The notes below the pieces were generated by a model, which was not told where the DNA came from, did not search any database, and was given only the letters and a program-made list of their open reading frames with translations. From Vitrella brassicaformis CCMP3155 (lineage: Eukaryota > Protista > Chromerida), in the NCBI GenBank assembly GCA_001179505.1, contig CDMY01000770.1:203467-267466 (forward strand): DNA of 64,000 bases. The letters run 5' to 3'. Made by a program: the position numbers and the translations under genes. Position 1 is the stretch's first letter. Each line of letters begins with the position of its first letter. Below are positions 23,134 to 36,972 of the stretch, in pieces.

Positions 23134-26100
23134 CATTGGCTAGGGCGTGTGTGTGTGCGCAGGGCAACCCTCCTGTGTGCAGCAGAGCTCTGCTGGCACA
23201 CGGCAGCTTAGTCCCGGCACCCGCCAAGCCCCACAATGACACCACATTCGACACCAAGAGTGAGTTTGTGAAGAATATACCCCTCCTGCACTGCACACGC
23301 TCACACGCCTGTCCTGCGTGTGGGTCCCATTCGTCTGTATGTCTGTCTGTCTGTCTGTCTGTTTGTGCGTCACAAACAGGTCTGACGCGCCACGCTGTGT
23401 ATCAGGACGACAGGTCGCTGGTCATCACTTGGAGCGCTTGCTCGTGGGCTCGCATGCAGGTCAGGCACATCAATCACAGCTGGGCGAGTGGAGACCGATC
23501 ACTCCCGCGCACTTGACGCTTGTGTGTACTCCGCTGCACACAGGCGGGTCGTGTGGCGTTGCGAGTGGTGGTTGGCGCGTGGGGCGGCGAGCATGTCATC
23601 AACATCCGAGCCATGCTGGCTGGTATACAGAAATCGATCCACAGGTGTGTCCATTCCATCCGCTCGATTCTCTCTCTTTGTGCTGTGCGTTTGTGTAGAC
23701 AACCGTCCCTACTCGCTGCTGTGTCCCGGGCCGCTGCCGCTGGTGCGTCACTCGCACACCCTTGACGCCGTCGGCCCTCAAGTTATCGTCTTTGGCGGCA
23801 AGGATGACACAGGTGGGTGTGGTGTGGTGTGTCGTCTTGTGGTGATGAGCAATCGGATGCGTGTGACGATCGAAATGTGTGCGCAGGGGAGGCGACCAAC
23901 GATCTGTGGCGGCTCAACTACACACTGATTGGTGTACGCACGTCAGGCACACACAGGCAGCGGTGGATTGGATAGGTGGGTGGGCATACCGTTGGTGTGT
24001 GCATTTCTTCACACCCAGGATGGTGCCCTGGCCCATGTGGATCCGCTCAGCATGGTTTGGGAGAGCCTCGACGACGTGTACGGCATCTTCCTGAGACCAC
24101 CGTCACGGTGAGGGAGGGAGGGAGGACCGCATTGCAGCTCAGCAATTGGGTGCATGAGATGGATGGATGGATGCAGGCATGGTCATGTTTCTGTGGTGTC
24201 TGAGCGTGGCGTGCTGCTCATATACGGCGGCAAAGCTGGTGCATACCCATAACATACATTTGCCCGCCTCTTTGTACTGTGTGCTGTGCTGTGTGTGTGC
24301 AGGTGACGTGGTGCTGGATGACATGTGGGCCATCCAGCTGCTGACGCCACAAGAGGGGGGCAACGGAGCAAGTCAGTCAGTGACCTAACCACAATGCAAT
24401 CAACGGATGCAGACTTATCCACACGTGCGTGTGTGTGTATTCTGTGTGTGTAGCTCCCTTCAAGTGGTTCCCATTGCCGCCTCTGACATCCGCCCGCCCG
24501 CCACCGCTCGTCCACACCGCAGCCACAACCATCGGTACTCATTCATTCACACGCGCAAACAGAAGGTACCATGATGGACCGAAATGCAGGCCCCCGTCTG
24601 TATGTCTTCGGCGGCGAGGCCACCCAGCGCAACCTGACCAACCACCTGTGGACGGCTGACCTCAGTAAGGACGCACAATTGATACGCAACATCAGAGAGA
24701 GAGAGAGAGAGAGTGAGTGCCTTCTCAGTGTGCCTGGCTGTCTGTCTTGATGCACTCACTGCACAGGTACGGTCTTCGACGGCTGGTCTGCTGCTGGTCC
24801 GAAAGGCGTCGAGTGGGAGCTGGTGGCGGTGGATGAAAGGCGCCCCACACCTGTGGCCAGAATGGGTACGCACACGTGCGTACAGTACATCCATGCCACG
24901 TGGAGTGGACACACTGCGCTGTGCTGTGCTGTGCTGTGCTGTGCGTGTCTCTCTGTGTGTGGATACATACATAATGTGATTGATATTGGCGTGCAGGTCA
25001 CAGCATGGTGCCCGCCCTTTCCCCGCCACAGATCCTTTCCGCAATCAAGAAGCGCATCAACGACACACAGAGCCCTGCACACCAGGGGGAGGATCTGCTG
25101 CAGCAGAGTGAGTGAGAGACGGCGAATTCTCATACCCATCCCATCCCATCGCATCGCGTCGATACGTATGTGCACATTCCGTCTGCTGCACTCACTTGTC
25201 GCTCGCAGAGGGTCTGTTAGTGTTTGGCGGCCGCACGGCCAACACGATGGCTACGAATGACCTCTGGTTCCTCATGCACAACGACACAGGTACACACACC
25301 TGACTCTCTCATTTATGAAATAAATATGTCAGACTAGACGTCTGTCTTTGTTTCCTGTGCAGGACCCTCTGTGTGGTTCCAAGTAAAAGAGCCGATACCA
25401 CCGAATGCACGTGTACGTCACGTGCCCACAGGCAGATAGCTTAGACGTACACGAGAAGAAATCACCCGCACAGATGGATGGATGGATGGGTGGATGCAGG
25501 TCTCAAGCCCACCTTCATTGGCGTTCCACTCATCCGTGGCTCTCAACGAGCGGTCATTCACACTCATCGGCGGCATGCGGGGAGACAACGGCAGACATGG
25601 CGGCCGGAACCATGACGCAGGGACGGTCAGGTACGGCCGTGCAGTGCACTGCACCTTGACGTCGGTGTGTGGCGTACAGTACAGAGTATTCTGTGTGTAT
25701 GCACAGAGCAGCTCGCAGATGTGGGCCTACGTCAACGGCACCTTCACGCTCACACACACATCAGCGCTGCCACCAGGTAGGTACCCGCGTCTATCAGACA
25801 CTTCTCCGTACGTGTCCATGGGCTTGCAAGGGTGTGTGTTGTGTGTGTGCCACTCAGTGATTGCCCCCGACCAGTATCGCGTCAAGGCGGCAGCCGCGTA
25901 CGTGCCGCCTATCGGAAAGGTGACCACCCCGACCACCACCACACACCACACTTGCCGTGCCATACCGCCTCTGTGTGTGTGTGTGTGTGTCCAGGTGCTC
26001 ATTCATGGCGGTGGGTGGACTGTTCCCTCATCAGAGCACTCGTCATTGTTGCGGCAGCTGCGTGGTGCTGACACCAGCCCAGGAATGGCCGACATGAGAG

Positions 26101-29100
26101 GTACCGATGCGCACAAGATAGAGTGTATCGTCCGTCCATCGTACCTCCCTCTTATACGTCCGTCTCTGTGTGTGTGCAGCGACCGTCGACCACAAGCATC
26201 CGCCTACGATGCACTCGTCTGTGCTGGTGGTGTACCAAGACGCATGCACACCTGCGAACGATCAGGACTGCACTGTCTGCGGCACAGGTACACACACACA
26301 CACACACACACGTACCGTACAGCACGTCAACGCAACGCATGGAACACTCATCTGTCTACTGGCCTGGCGTCTTGTGTGTGTGTCGAGCAGGGTCGCGAGC
26401 CGTCCCATACCCAGTCTCAGATGCCAACGACACCTCATTCGCTGAGCACTTCCCCTGGGTTGGCAATACGTCCGATGCAAGTGCGTGTGTGCCGTGCCCA
26501 CCCGGCCACTACCACAATCACAACCACAGCGACATCAACAATGACGATGGCGATGGCGAGGTGGAGTGCGTCCCGTGTCCAGCGGGATTCTATCAGCCTT
26601 TCAGAGGGTACACGAACTACACACTTGTGTGCACGACGTAAAGGTGTGTCCCCGCACCAATGTGTGAATGCCCTGTGTGTGTGTGGGGGGCGTGTGCAGG
26701 CAATGGTCTTCGTCGTCCTGTCTGCCGTGCCCCCGGGGCACCCACGCCAAGGAAGCAGGCACGGCAACCTGCAAGGTGTGAGGGATACAAAGATACATGC
26801 ATGTGTGGAAAGTTCTGTGCATAGGATAGGCTGTGTGTGGGTGGATGGGCGCAGGCGTGTGGCGGCAACATTTGGTGTCCATTGGGCAGCAGTGAGCCGC
26901 TGGAGAAAATCGGTACACATGCATTGCAGTGAATGGACACCACACATGACACCACATCTGGCCTGGCTGGGTGAGTCCCATCCGTCTGTGGTGTGTGTGT
27001 GTCGATCGGGTCCTGACGTGACGTGTCGTCAGATCCCGCCAACAGCATCGTGTACCAGCACGACGAACCGCACGCGGCATCACTGCACGAGGTACGATAC
27101 GATAGATGAGATGACACACTGGCACACACAGACGGGCATGGTATAATGCAATTCATGTGTGTTTGCTGTGTGTGTGTGGTCGGTTGGGTTGTTGATTCAG
27201 TCGCATTTGCTGTGGCAAGTGTCGACCTTCTCAGTGGGGCTAATCGTCCTGGCCGCCTCACTGTGCGTACTCAACCTCCTACACGTCAAGGCACCCAAAC
27301 GGGTCTGTCAGTGAGTATGGTTGCTTCACTTCACCAGACACACAGGTCTGTATGTCTGTATTGGATGTCATCGTGCAGGTGAATTCGTGGATGCGTCAGA
27401 TCGACTCCCGGGCCATCACCGGGGTGATATTTCCCTCAGAGGCTGGGGGCGTGTGCACCCTCGTCTACACGGTCCTGGCCGTCTGCATCATACTGCTGGT
27501 CTTCATGCAACAGGTTGGGGCCGTGCCAACCGTATACATACACCACACACACGCATGACAGACATGCTCGTGATGTGACGTCTGTGTGTGTCTCTGTGGT
27601 TGGTTGGCGTCACACCAGCTGTTCTTCAACTACTCGTTGGCGGCTCTGACCGCGCCATCCAGTGGCATATACAGGAACGCGCTGCGCTCTCCACCTGCAC
27701 AACAGACAACACAACACATACACCCTGGCGCATTGGTCCTTGGCTGTCTGCCTGGCCTGTCTGTGTGTGTGCAGGTCGACGGACTTCGACTCGGACTTCC
27801 ACGTCCGGGCCGTCTTTGTCGGTGAGTTAACGAGACACACACTAGTGGCATGCGTGTGTCAGCCGTGTGTATGACTAAACCATGTAGGTTATCCCGGCCC
27901 GTGTGAGGCGTCCAACACCACTCGCGTGACGCAGTTGACAGACCAGGGGGGCGGCGGACACGCTCACCAACACCCGGAGGACCACAGGGCGAGAATAGGT
28001 CGGCGTGCATCCCTCCACTGCACGGATTCATCACTCATCCCGCCTGTGTGTGTGTGTGTGAGTGTGCCCAGTGCCAATCCACTCTTATCTGACCTACAGA
28101 GCCCATGACGCCTCGTTCCGACTCAACCACCTGCAAACGGTACGGTGCACACGGATACGACACGTCTGTCTGTCTGTCACTCCGTCCATGTATAAATGAA
28201 TGCACACCTGTGCTGTGCTGTGATGTGTGTGTCCACACAGCAGCGGAAGTGGTCCATTCTGCCGGCGGTCCTTCCCTTTATCGTGTCCGTCGACACCAGG
28301 AGGCAGCAGAGAGACGATAACCAGGTACGGGACGCAGCCCAGCCACACCACACACACATATGCATTGATGTGTGTGTATTGTCTGTGCACACACACACAT
28401 CGCATACAGGTTGTTGGTGAGGGCGAGGCGATTGACGTGACGTCTGAGGATGAGAAGAGGCCGCCCAAGATGGAGTGGCGGTGCGGCCAGGAAGCCAGAA
28501 TCACTGCCCTGTACGGCTACACAGACGTCTTGTCTTGGGCAGTGCGGTGCACGTCCCTAAAGTGCCTGCCTGCCTGCATACCTGCATACCTGCGTTATGT
28601 CATTTATGTCTGCAGTGGTTTGGTCCCCAAGAACATCAGCACGGCTTCATCCGTCTCGTGCGCACAGATCGGGCCGCAACAAGTGAGCCAAGCCTCACAC
28701 CACCCACACGCGACCCGCCACACACACGTCCCTGGATGTGATGTGTTGTTCTTGGCTCATGCAGTGTGTGGTTGAGTGGTCTTGTCGTGACTGCGGTGTG
28801 TTCGACCAGCGGCTGCACCTCAACATAGCCCTCAGCCACCACACATTCGCCGCCGCACAGGCCATACAGGTTAGCTCACTTACACAGACATCCAGGGCAC
28901 ACACGCATTCGCAACGGACAGGTGCCTGTATGGATGTGTGTGTGTGTGTGTGTGTGGATGTGCTCATACTGTCATAGTGGGAGGTGATGACTGTGTGGCG
29001 GGAGTCTGGCAGCAGCACCGCCACCACCAGCACGCCCGTGGAGGCCTTCTCCACACTCAACTCCACTTTCGTCGGCAGCGACCCCAACAATGTCAGTCGA

Positions 29101-30445
29101 CAAGCCTTTGTTTATCTGGTCATCGAGGTGCTCATGTGTGGAGGTACGTGTCATTTGTTCATTGGTTCAGGTGCTGCGTGGCGAGGACCCGACTGTGCTG
29201 CGGCTGACGCTTGTGCCGACTGACTACGAAAACCAGGTAAGTACCTCTGCGTCACACGCACATAGGCAGGCCACTCACTCAGTGGTGTGTATGTGTTGTG
29301 TGGGCGTGGTGTTGGTGTCTGTCATCCACGATGGATGACACACGCCACACGACCATTCTTTGCAGCGTCTTGGGGTCCACGAGAACGGCTTCCTTCTGCA
29401 GTACATCGCCTCAAGGGAAGGCTCAGCGACAGGTAGGTGTGTAGGCTGCTGAAATCACACACACATGGGTGTGTATGCGAGTGTTGGTGTCTGTGTGTGT
29501 GGTTTGATCACATCATGATCAGATGGGGTGCACTTCCACTCGTCAGGCGACGGCCCGTCGACGGTGCAGTTCCGCATTGAGCTGACGGTGTCGCCCTTTC
29601 TCTACCGCCTGCTGCTCACACAGACCAAGACATTCTTCGACTACCTTGCACAAGTACCTAACCCTTGCACGCACACACAAACCGAGCAAACACACACACA
29701 TACACACACGACCTGGCTGTGGTGTGCATCCTTCCTATCCTATCCTGTGCTGTGCTGTGCAGGTATTGGGTCTGCTGTCTGGCATGTCGCTCCTGGTGCG
29801 CGTGTTGGTGTCCTTCTGGCTGTCGATCCCACGAGAGAGGAGGAAGACAATGACCAAATACTGGGGAGAGGTACCACACCGTACCGCACCCGAACACACA
29901 CACGCAGAGAGCTGGTCTGGTCCATGACGTACACGACGTGTGTGTCACTTGTTTGTGCGTCCGGCCCGTCCCCACAGAGCAACTCGCTGATGCTGTGGCT
30001 GGTCCGGCGGCTGTGCGCGTGTGTGGACGACGTTGACCGGACCGACCCCAGCGCAGAGACCCCCTCGCACCTCTACCAGCTTTGCCCCTCGCCCTCATCT
30101 CCACCGCCACCCCTGCCAGCCCCTCCCGCCATCATCACCATGGCGAGGTCACACAGCGACCCAGCCATGGAGACCCCACGAGCCACAGCCGCCCCAACCA
30201 ATGGGGTCACGCACAGGCAGACCACAGGACGAGAGCAAGAGCCGCTGATCGAGCATAGAGCGGGACCACAGTCGAAAGCAGCGATGGCTGGTGGGAGTGC
30301 GGGTGGGTGGCTGAGTGTCTTTTCCTTTGGCCGCCAGGGCCAGCAGGGAGAGGGAGGGGGGAGTTGGCAGCGTGTGACGCAGAGAGAGGCGGCAGAAGAG
30401 GATGCGGCGGTGCGGTGTGCAGAGGGAGAAGGGACGGCTGCCTGA
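22654..30445 (+). CDS. Signal peptide + Kelch repeats + Cys-rich GCC2/GCC3 (ephrin-receptor-like) repeats + three TM segments; many small exons
   Basis: N-terminus MRSPPSVCLAAVLAALLRPTGGAA. Kelch-type exons: RHSHTLDAVGPQVIVFGGKDD, NDLWRL, LLVFGGRTANTMATNDLW, AFHSSVALNERSFTLIGG. Cys repeats: CVPCPPGHY, CVPCPAGFYQP, CLPCPRGTHAKEAGTATCK. Hydrophobic segments at about 27201-27290, 27450-27513 and 29762-29825. Confidence 0.75.
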
Positions 30446-31064
30446 ATGAGTGGACGCGTAGCCGACTTGTGATACGGATCGTGTGTGGGGCTATTCTCGG
30501 GAATGCGAGAGAAGCTCTGTTCGTGTGCACATTGCCACACCGGTGCCATATGGTGCGCCACACACATTCATCGATGCAGTGAGCCGTGCTGTGCCACTCG
30601 AGCGTCGCACTGAGTGGCTCTGCTTCCCCGGGTCGGAAAGAGCGCACGCAACAGGTTCACAGCTGGTGGCCAGGTTGGATCTGCAAAGCTTGAAATCAAT
30701 CTCGAGAGACTTGAAGATGACCTATGGATCTTGATCCGATGTCTGTGCTATGCTCGTCTCTGTGTATTTATTCCATCGACTGAAGCATACGTAACGTCCA
30801 CTTGAGCACGGAAATCATAGGAATCGATGGGCCCACACTGCACAAATGCGCCGCGCCCACATCCATCCATCCATCGGTCAGTTAGTCAGTCAGTCAATGC
30901 ATTGAGTATCCAGGCAAACGGCCGGCAAACAGACCCCACTCCGTCCCGTCCAGCGTGCAGCGCAGCGCTGTGCTATTCACACCCCACCCTCCACTGTGCT
31001 AACTCACCCATATACATATCCCAAATATACACGCCAATGCCAACAGACCGATCCTATGGATGAT

Positions 31065-33880
31065 TCATTGGTGGCATTGGTCAGGGACGTCCGCCACCGA
31101 CAGACCGGCCAGCCAGGGATGACGCAGCGCGGCCTTCGCTGCACACGCACACACACACACAGGCAGGCAGGCAGGCAGCCAGAAACAGGCAAGCGACATA
31201 TGACGACACTTGGTTCACACACCCCCGCCGACCTGTGATGCGCTTGCTGGGGTCCAATATGAGCATCTGCTCGATCAGCTGATACGCCTGGCGCATGTCC
31301 CCGTCAGCCCCATCGGGCAACTTCACCTCCTGAAGACACAGCAGGCACCCAAGGGCAATCGTCTCGTCGTTGTCTGTCTGGTCTGTCTGGTCTGTCTGGT
31401 GTGTGTGTGTGTGTGTGCGTGAGGTGTTTCTTTCTACCAGCTGTCCGTTCAAGCAAGCGTTCAAGTATGCCTTCTCGACTTCGTCAGCGGTCAACCTCTT
31501 CTTGTCGATGTCCTTGAAGGGGCTCTTCCCGCTGAAACACACCAAGTACCTACACCCACCAGGCAGCCAGAATCTCTGTGTGTGTGTACGTGCCTTCGGT
31601 TGCTTACAAGCTAACTCCAGCCGCCCAGATGTCGCTAGCAGGGCTCCATTTCCTCGCCTTATCCGTCTCTTAAGTGCACCTCTGGGGCCTGACGGACGCC
31701 ATCCAGCCAATTGAGCAAGGACAGGCAACACACATCAAAAGTAGTTCCGTTCTGCGCCGTGCAGTCACTTGTCGGCCGACCGACTTACCCGGAAAACGCC
31801 AGTACCCGGGAGGAAGCCCTCTCTCTCGGCTCGTCCTGAAGCGGTCGGCGGCCGACCGACGAACATGCACTCGTCGAAGTCAATCAGCTTGCAGCCCTGC
31901 GGGGTCCACCTGATGTTGTTGGGCTTGACATCTCGGTGCACCAGCTGCGGCACACACACACACACTAACGGCTGCCGCTGTCCATCCAGAGCACCCACGT
32001 TGGCTGTGTGCAGTCGGTCGAGTGCCTCGAGCAGTCCGAGTGCGATCCACTGGCACTGGTGGTTAGGCACCGACCGCTTCTGGTCGATATACAGCTGCAC
32101 AAGAGCGGACACGTCGCGGCCCGCAACGTCCTCCATCACGATGAAGAAGTACGACGAGTCATACAACACCTGCACGACACACACACACACACACAGATGG
32201 GCCGCCCACCCCTCCCACCCCTCCCACATCCCACCCACCTCGATGACCGTGGCCAGAGAGGGAGAGACGATTTTGCAGATGGCTCCATACACCTGAGCAG
32301 TCTCAACGGCATCCGCCACGGCCCTGATTGATGAATGGATGGTGGCACGTGACACAAGTTACTCGAACAGATCGCAGGCGTACTCTTGTTTCATCTTGCA
32401 CAGCCGTTTGATGACGATAGGTCTCTTCGTGCGTTTCTGAGTGCCCCGCCACACATTCCCAAAGCTGCACACACACACACACACACATACACAAACGAAC
32501 GTGTGCAGAAGTTGTCTATGTGTGTGTGTCTGTTTCGTACCTGCCACCGGCCATTGGCATGGCTTGTACTTCGTATCGGTTCCGCACACGTGGATTGCTG
32601 CACGGGTTGCCCTCCACCATTGGCACACTAGGGCCGACCTCAACGGTGAGCAAGGACGGCCGCACGTTGACGCCCTGCTCCTTGGACGCCACCTCCGTCT
32701 TGGTTTCCATGGCGCAGAGAGATGCGGACTGATCGCCTACGGCCGTGCTGGTTCCCCCCTCCACCACATGTGGGTGCACTTGCATGCCATTGGCCTTGCC
32801 GTGCGGGTGCGCCTGGACGCCGGCGTCCTGCAGGCTGTGGGGCTGGGGAGAAGGCGAGGACGGGGCGAGTGAGGGAGGGGGCGGGGAGGCAGTCGACCGG
32901 GCCAGCTGTCAAACCACACGTGCATATTTGTGGTTGGTGATGTAAACAGTCCTTTGTGTGGGCTGGCTGGCTGTGGTGTCGGTACGTTGATGTGACATAA
33001 TTAATGTACCTGCTCCTGCAGCTCGGCTATCTTGGCCCTCAGCGCGGCGATCTCGCTCTCGACCTCTTTGGTCTGCTTCTGTGGCCAAGAAGGGACAGGA
33101 CGCACAGACACAGACAGACAGAATAAGCGAGATGAATCATAAGTCACATGCTTCCCCCGCCTGCCTCTCTCTCTCTCTCTCTCAGCGTGTGTGTGTGTGC
33201 GTGTGTGTGCGTGTGTGTGCGTGTGTGTGCGTGTGTGTGCGTGTGTGTGTGTATTCCAGAATACTGACCCTGGCGGCGACGACGGCTTTGACGAGTTTGG
33301 CCTGCGCACACGCATCGTACAGCCACCCACAAGCAGGCAGGTAGGCAGATGAGCAGGTGTGCCGTTCGGGCCGTCGACGCCTCTTCTCTCGTCCGACATA
33401 TGCACCGTAGAAGTAGCCCACCTGATTGGACTTGGCGATCTCCATGTTGTTTCGTAACGCATCGATGCGCTCACTGTCGTACTTGCACCGCGCCTGCAAC
33501 CACTCGCACTCGGCTGCACGCCATAAAGCCCACACAGACGGACAGATGTGTGTGTATTTATTTGTATATCAATCGCATGAACGACCACGTTCGTTCTCAC
33601 CCTGCAAATGCTCCCTCTCGCTATAGAGCTGAAGAAGCTGGATGGCATCATACTTGGCCAGATCTGCAACACACACAAACGCAGCATGCCCAGAACGTAT
33701 GGATCAAGTGGAAGCAGCCTGCCCGCCCCGCCCGCCTCTCTCATGTGTGCAGGTCGGTGCTCTCAATGCATCCCCACCTGCGGCAAACTGGAGCCGCTTC
33801 TCAATTTCCTGACGAGCAATCTCCTCCGTCTTGTCAAGGAACTCGCGGTCCCGCTCTTCCCGACTGATGCTCTTGTCCAT
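31065..33880 (-). CDS. Ser/Thr protein kinase (CAMK-like fold, DFD instead of DFG) with a coiled-coil N-terminal region; frame irregularity just after APE
   Basis: Spliced motifs AGGSFGNVW, IVIK, HRDVKPNN, LIDFDE, FRAPE, SDIWAAG, GKSPF, LDPSKRITAKAALRHPWL*. Upstream exons splice in frame (KQTKEVESEIAALRAKIAELQEQ|LARSTASPP...). The start may extend to 33982. Confidence 0.8.
33191..33240. repeat. Intronic (GTGTGTGTGC)5 minisatellite
   Basis: Five perfect 10-mers visible directly. Confidence 0.9.
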
Positions 33881-34613
33881 GCCGGGGCGTGACGTTACCG
33901 AGAGAAAACGGAAGTCGCGCCCTCTCCTTCGCCGTTGGCGTACAAAATTTACGAAGTTGCCCTGGATCGCGGGGGAACGCATCTTCTCGCTATGGTCCCT
34001 CTCGTCAGATCTTGCTCAGCCAATGAATCAGGTTGACACACTGCGCGTTGAGTCTGTGAGTGCATTGGAGAACCACGGTCACCAATCTTTCTTTCGCGCT
34101 CTGCCGAGTGTCTGCCCTGATGGACCAGCCGCCGCCCATCGACTTCACCAATTACTTCACCATCATCGGCGCTTCCCGCCGATTCGTGATGACTTCCTGG
34201 CCTTCATCGAGATGACCAAGTACAGTCTGTACTGTCGTGGGCGGCAGACATGTACCTCGACACCAACGAGGCGCCCCAGCAGGGCGTCGATGGTCCTGCT
34301 GCCTTCATGAGGCAGTGGCCAAGGCCCGCAACAAGATGGGTGGCCGGCCATTGGACATCTGACATAGGTGCGCACACGACACATAAGGGCAGGGGAAGCC
34401 ATGCATTGCTGCCCACGTCTATTGCCTTTTCTCTTTCCCGTCTGTCTGCGTCGAGAGGCGTCGCGAGGTGGCTGTCGACCGACTGGAAGGGTGGTGGGTG
34501 GGGGGACGGGGGGTGGTGAATCGGCATTGGGGGGCGGCTGGCTGACTTGAATCGTCTGACGGACAGATGAATCAGTGCAAGGATGCATGGCGTGTATTCA
34601 CTGTTTTTCACTG

Positions 34614-34667
34614 ACGAGATGAGTGGCGGTCACACCATCCAATCATTCCAGCCACGGCACACACAAC

Positions 34668-34702
<35 letters not shown>

Positions 34703-36936
34703 GGGTAGAGACAGACAGAGAGGGCAGAGGATAGTATGATACACCCAGAAACCCAGTCACCACCGTTCAGGGGTTATCAGCATTGCCGTGTCACCAAATG
34801 CACTTTGCGGCTTTTGTCATGCACACAGACAACCTGTTCCTCAAGTTTGGCGATCTTTGCCTTCAGTGCGGCATTTTCGTTTGCCAGCCTCTTGGCCTCC
34901 AGCTGTGGCCAGGAAGGGACAGCGCAGACACAGACAGACTGAAGAAGTGAGATGAATCATAGGTCACATGCTGCCCCCGCCCTCTCTCTAGGTGTGTGTG
35001 CGTGTGTATGTGTGTGTGTGTGAGCATTTTGTCCTTCAAGCGCTAACTTGTGTGGACAGGCTTGTGTGGACATACTGACGTGTGAATGCAGGTGCGTTCG
35101 GCATCAACATCATCGAGTAGCTGTGAGTATCTTCTCGACCGACTGATTCATTCAGACCTGACTGACCCATCGATGACCGATACAAACGGAACATTAATAT
35201 TGCGTGGCTGCTGTCTGTCTGTCTGGCTGGCTGTCTGTCTGTATAGTGAGTGCATGTGTGCGTTAATGGCTATATACGTCTAGTACATGTGGTGTGATGA
35301 ATGGGTGTGGGCGTACGTACATGTTTGTCTGCGGGACGAGTGAGTGTATCATACGCTCGATGGATAGATAAACTGACTGACTGTGATCGCTCGTTCAAGG
35401 TGCTTGCCAAAACCACACGAATGAAACCGTTACACAAAGAGCCGGTGCAACGTCGTGATGCAACAAGAGTCTCCGGGCAAAGCACGTGTGGTCACACGAG
35501 CACTCAAGCAAGGGAGACGGATACCAGAAACACAAACTAAGGCAGACATCGACAAGCCTGTCAACCTCTTTGTTTGCCGAAGAGACTTCACGATATAAAA
35601 TGCAAGCAGCGATAATGAATAGTCTCTCTGCCCGTTGATCGATAGCTTGGCGAAAGGGCAAAACAGCCGAGAGGCCAGACAGACAGACAGACAGTCAGAC
35701 AGTCAGACAGCCAAACAGCCTAGCCCCACATCCATGATATCCGATCCAAAAAACATAATGCAGGAAGGATGGTGGCATAGGCAAGATGGCATGGTGGCAT
35801 AGGTGGCATAGGCAAGAGGTCGTGTATGGTATGCATGTGTTGCGGTGTGCCTATGTGTGTATGTGTGTTGCTCCTGCTGGGCTGTCTGCGTAAGGTTTGA
35901 GTATGCCTCGTCAATATCTACGTCTATAGTACCTCCTGGATACACACCTGACATACACGTACGCCCCGCCCCACACACAGACAGAGTGTGTCATGTGTGT
36001 TGTGGAACAAGAGATATGTAGCGCTCACCGTGAGCTCTTGGGTCCCCGCGGCGGCCTTCTGGAGTGTGTCAGCCGCGATTGTCAGCAGATTCTTGATGCT
36101 GAATATGTTGGCCCATACGGCGCACACCTGCACCACACACCCACATAGACACACACACGCGGTCGCACGTGTCTGCCATCCATCCATCCATCCATCCGTG
36201 TGTCTGTGTGTGGGTGCTCACCCACCTGATTGTCAGTATCGATTGTTAAACTCCTTGGCCTTCTCGGTCACCGGCCCCTCCACCTCTTTGATCTTGGTGA
36301 TGAGTCTATATACACGCTGGACCTGGCATCCCCCCCCCCCCCCCNNNNNNNNNNNNNNNNNNNNNNNNNNNNNNNNNNNNNNNNNNNNNNNNNNNNNNNN
36401 NNNNNNNNNNNNNNNNNNNNNNNNNNNNNNNNNNNNNNNNNNNNNNNNNNNNNNNNNNNNNNNNNNNNNNNNNNNNNNNNNNNNNNNNNNNNNNNNNNNN
36501 NNNNNNNNNNNNNNNNNNNNNNNNNNNNNNNNNNNNNNNNNNNNNNNNNNNNNNNNNNNNNNNNNNNNNNNNNNNNNNNNNNNNNNNNNNNNNNNNNNNN
36601 NNNNNNNNNNNNNNNNNNNNNNNNNNNNNNNNNNNNNNNNNNNNCCCCCCCCCCCCCCACACACACACAACATGGCCGGCGTCGTCTGTCTCTCTCTCTC
36701 TCTGTGGGTGTGTCTGTGGGTGTGACTGTCTGCGTGCGGTGCTCTGATCTGCGTTTACCATCTTGGCGACCATGCGGACGGCCGTTGTGCTGCTGCACGT
36801 GGCCGGGTTGCTCGATCTCACCGCCGCGGCGCATGAGTTCAGGGTTCGCACGGTTGGCTGCGTGGTTGTTGTACTCGATCCTCGCCGGGTGCGCACGAAT
36901 CTCCTGCTGGACTGGCAGGAGAGAGAGACAGACACA

Positions 36937-36972
<36 letters not shown>

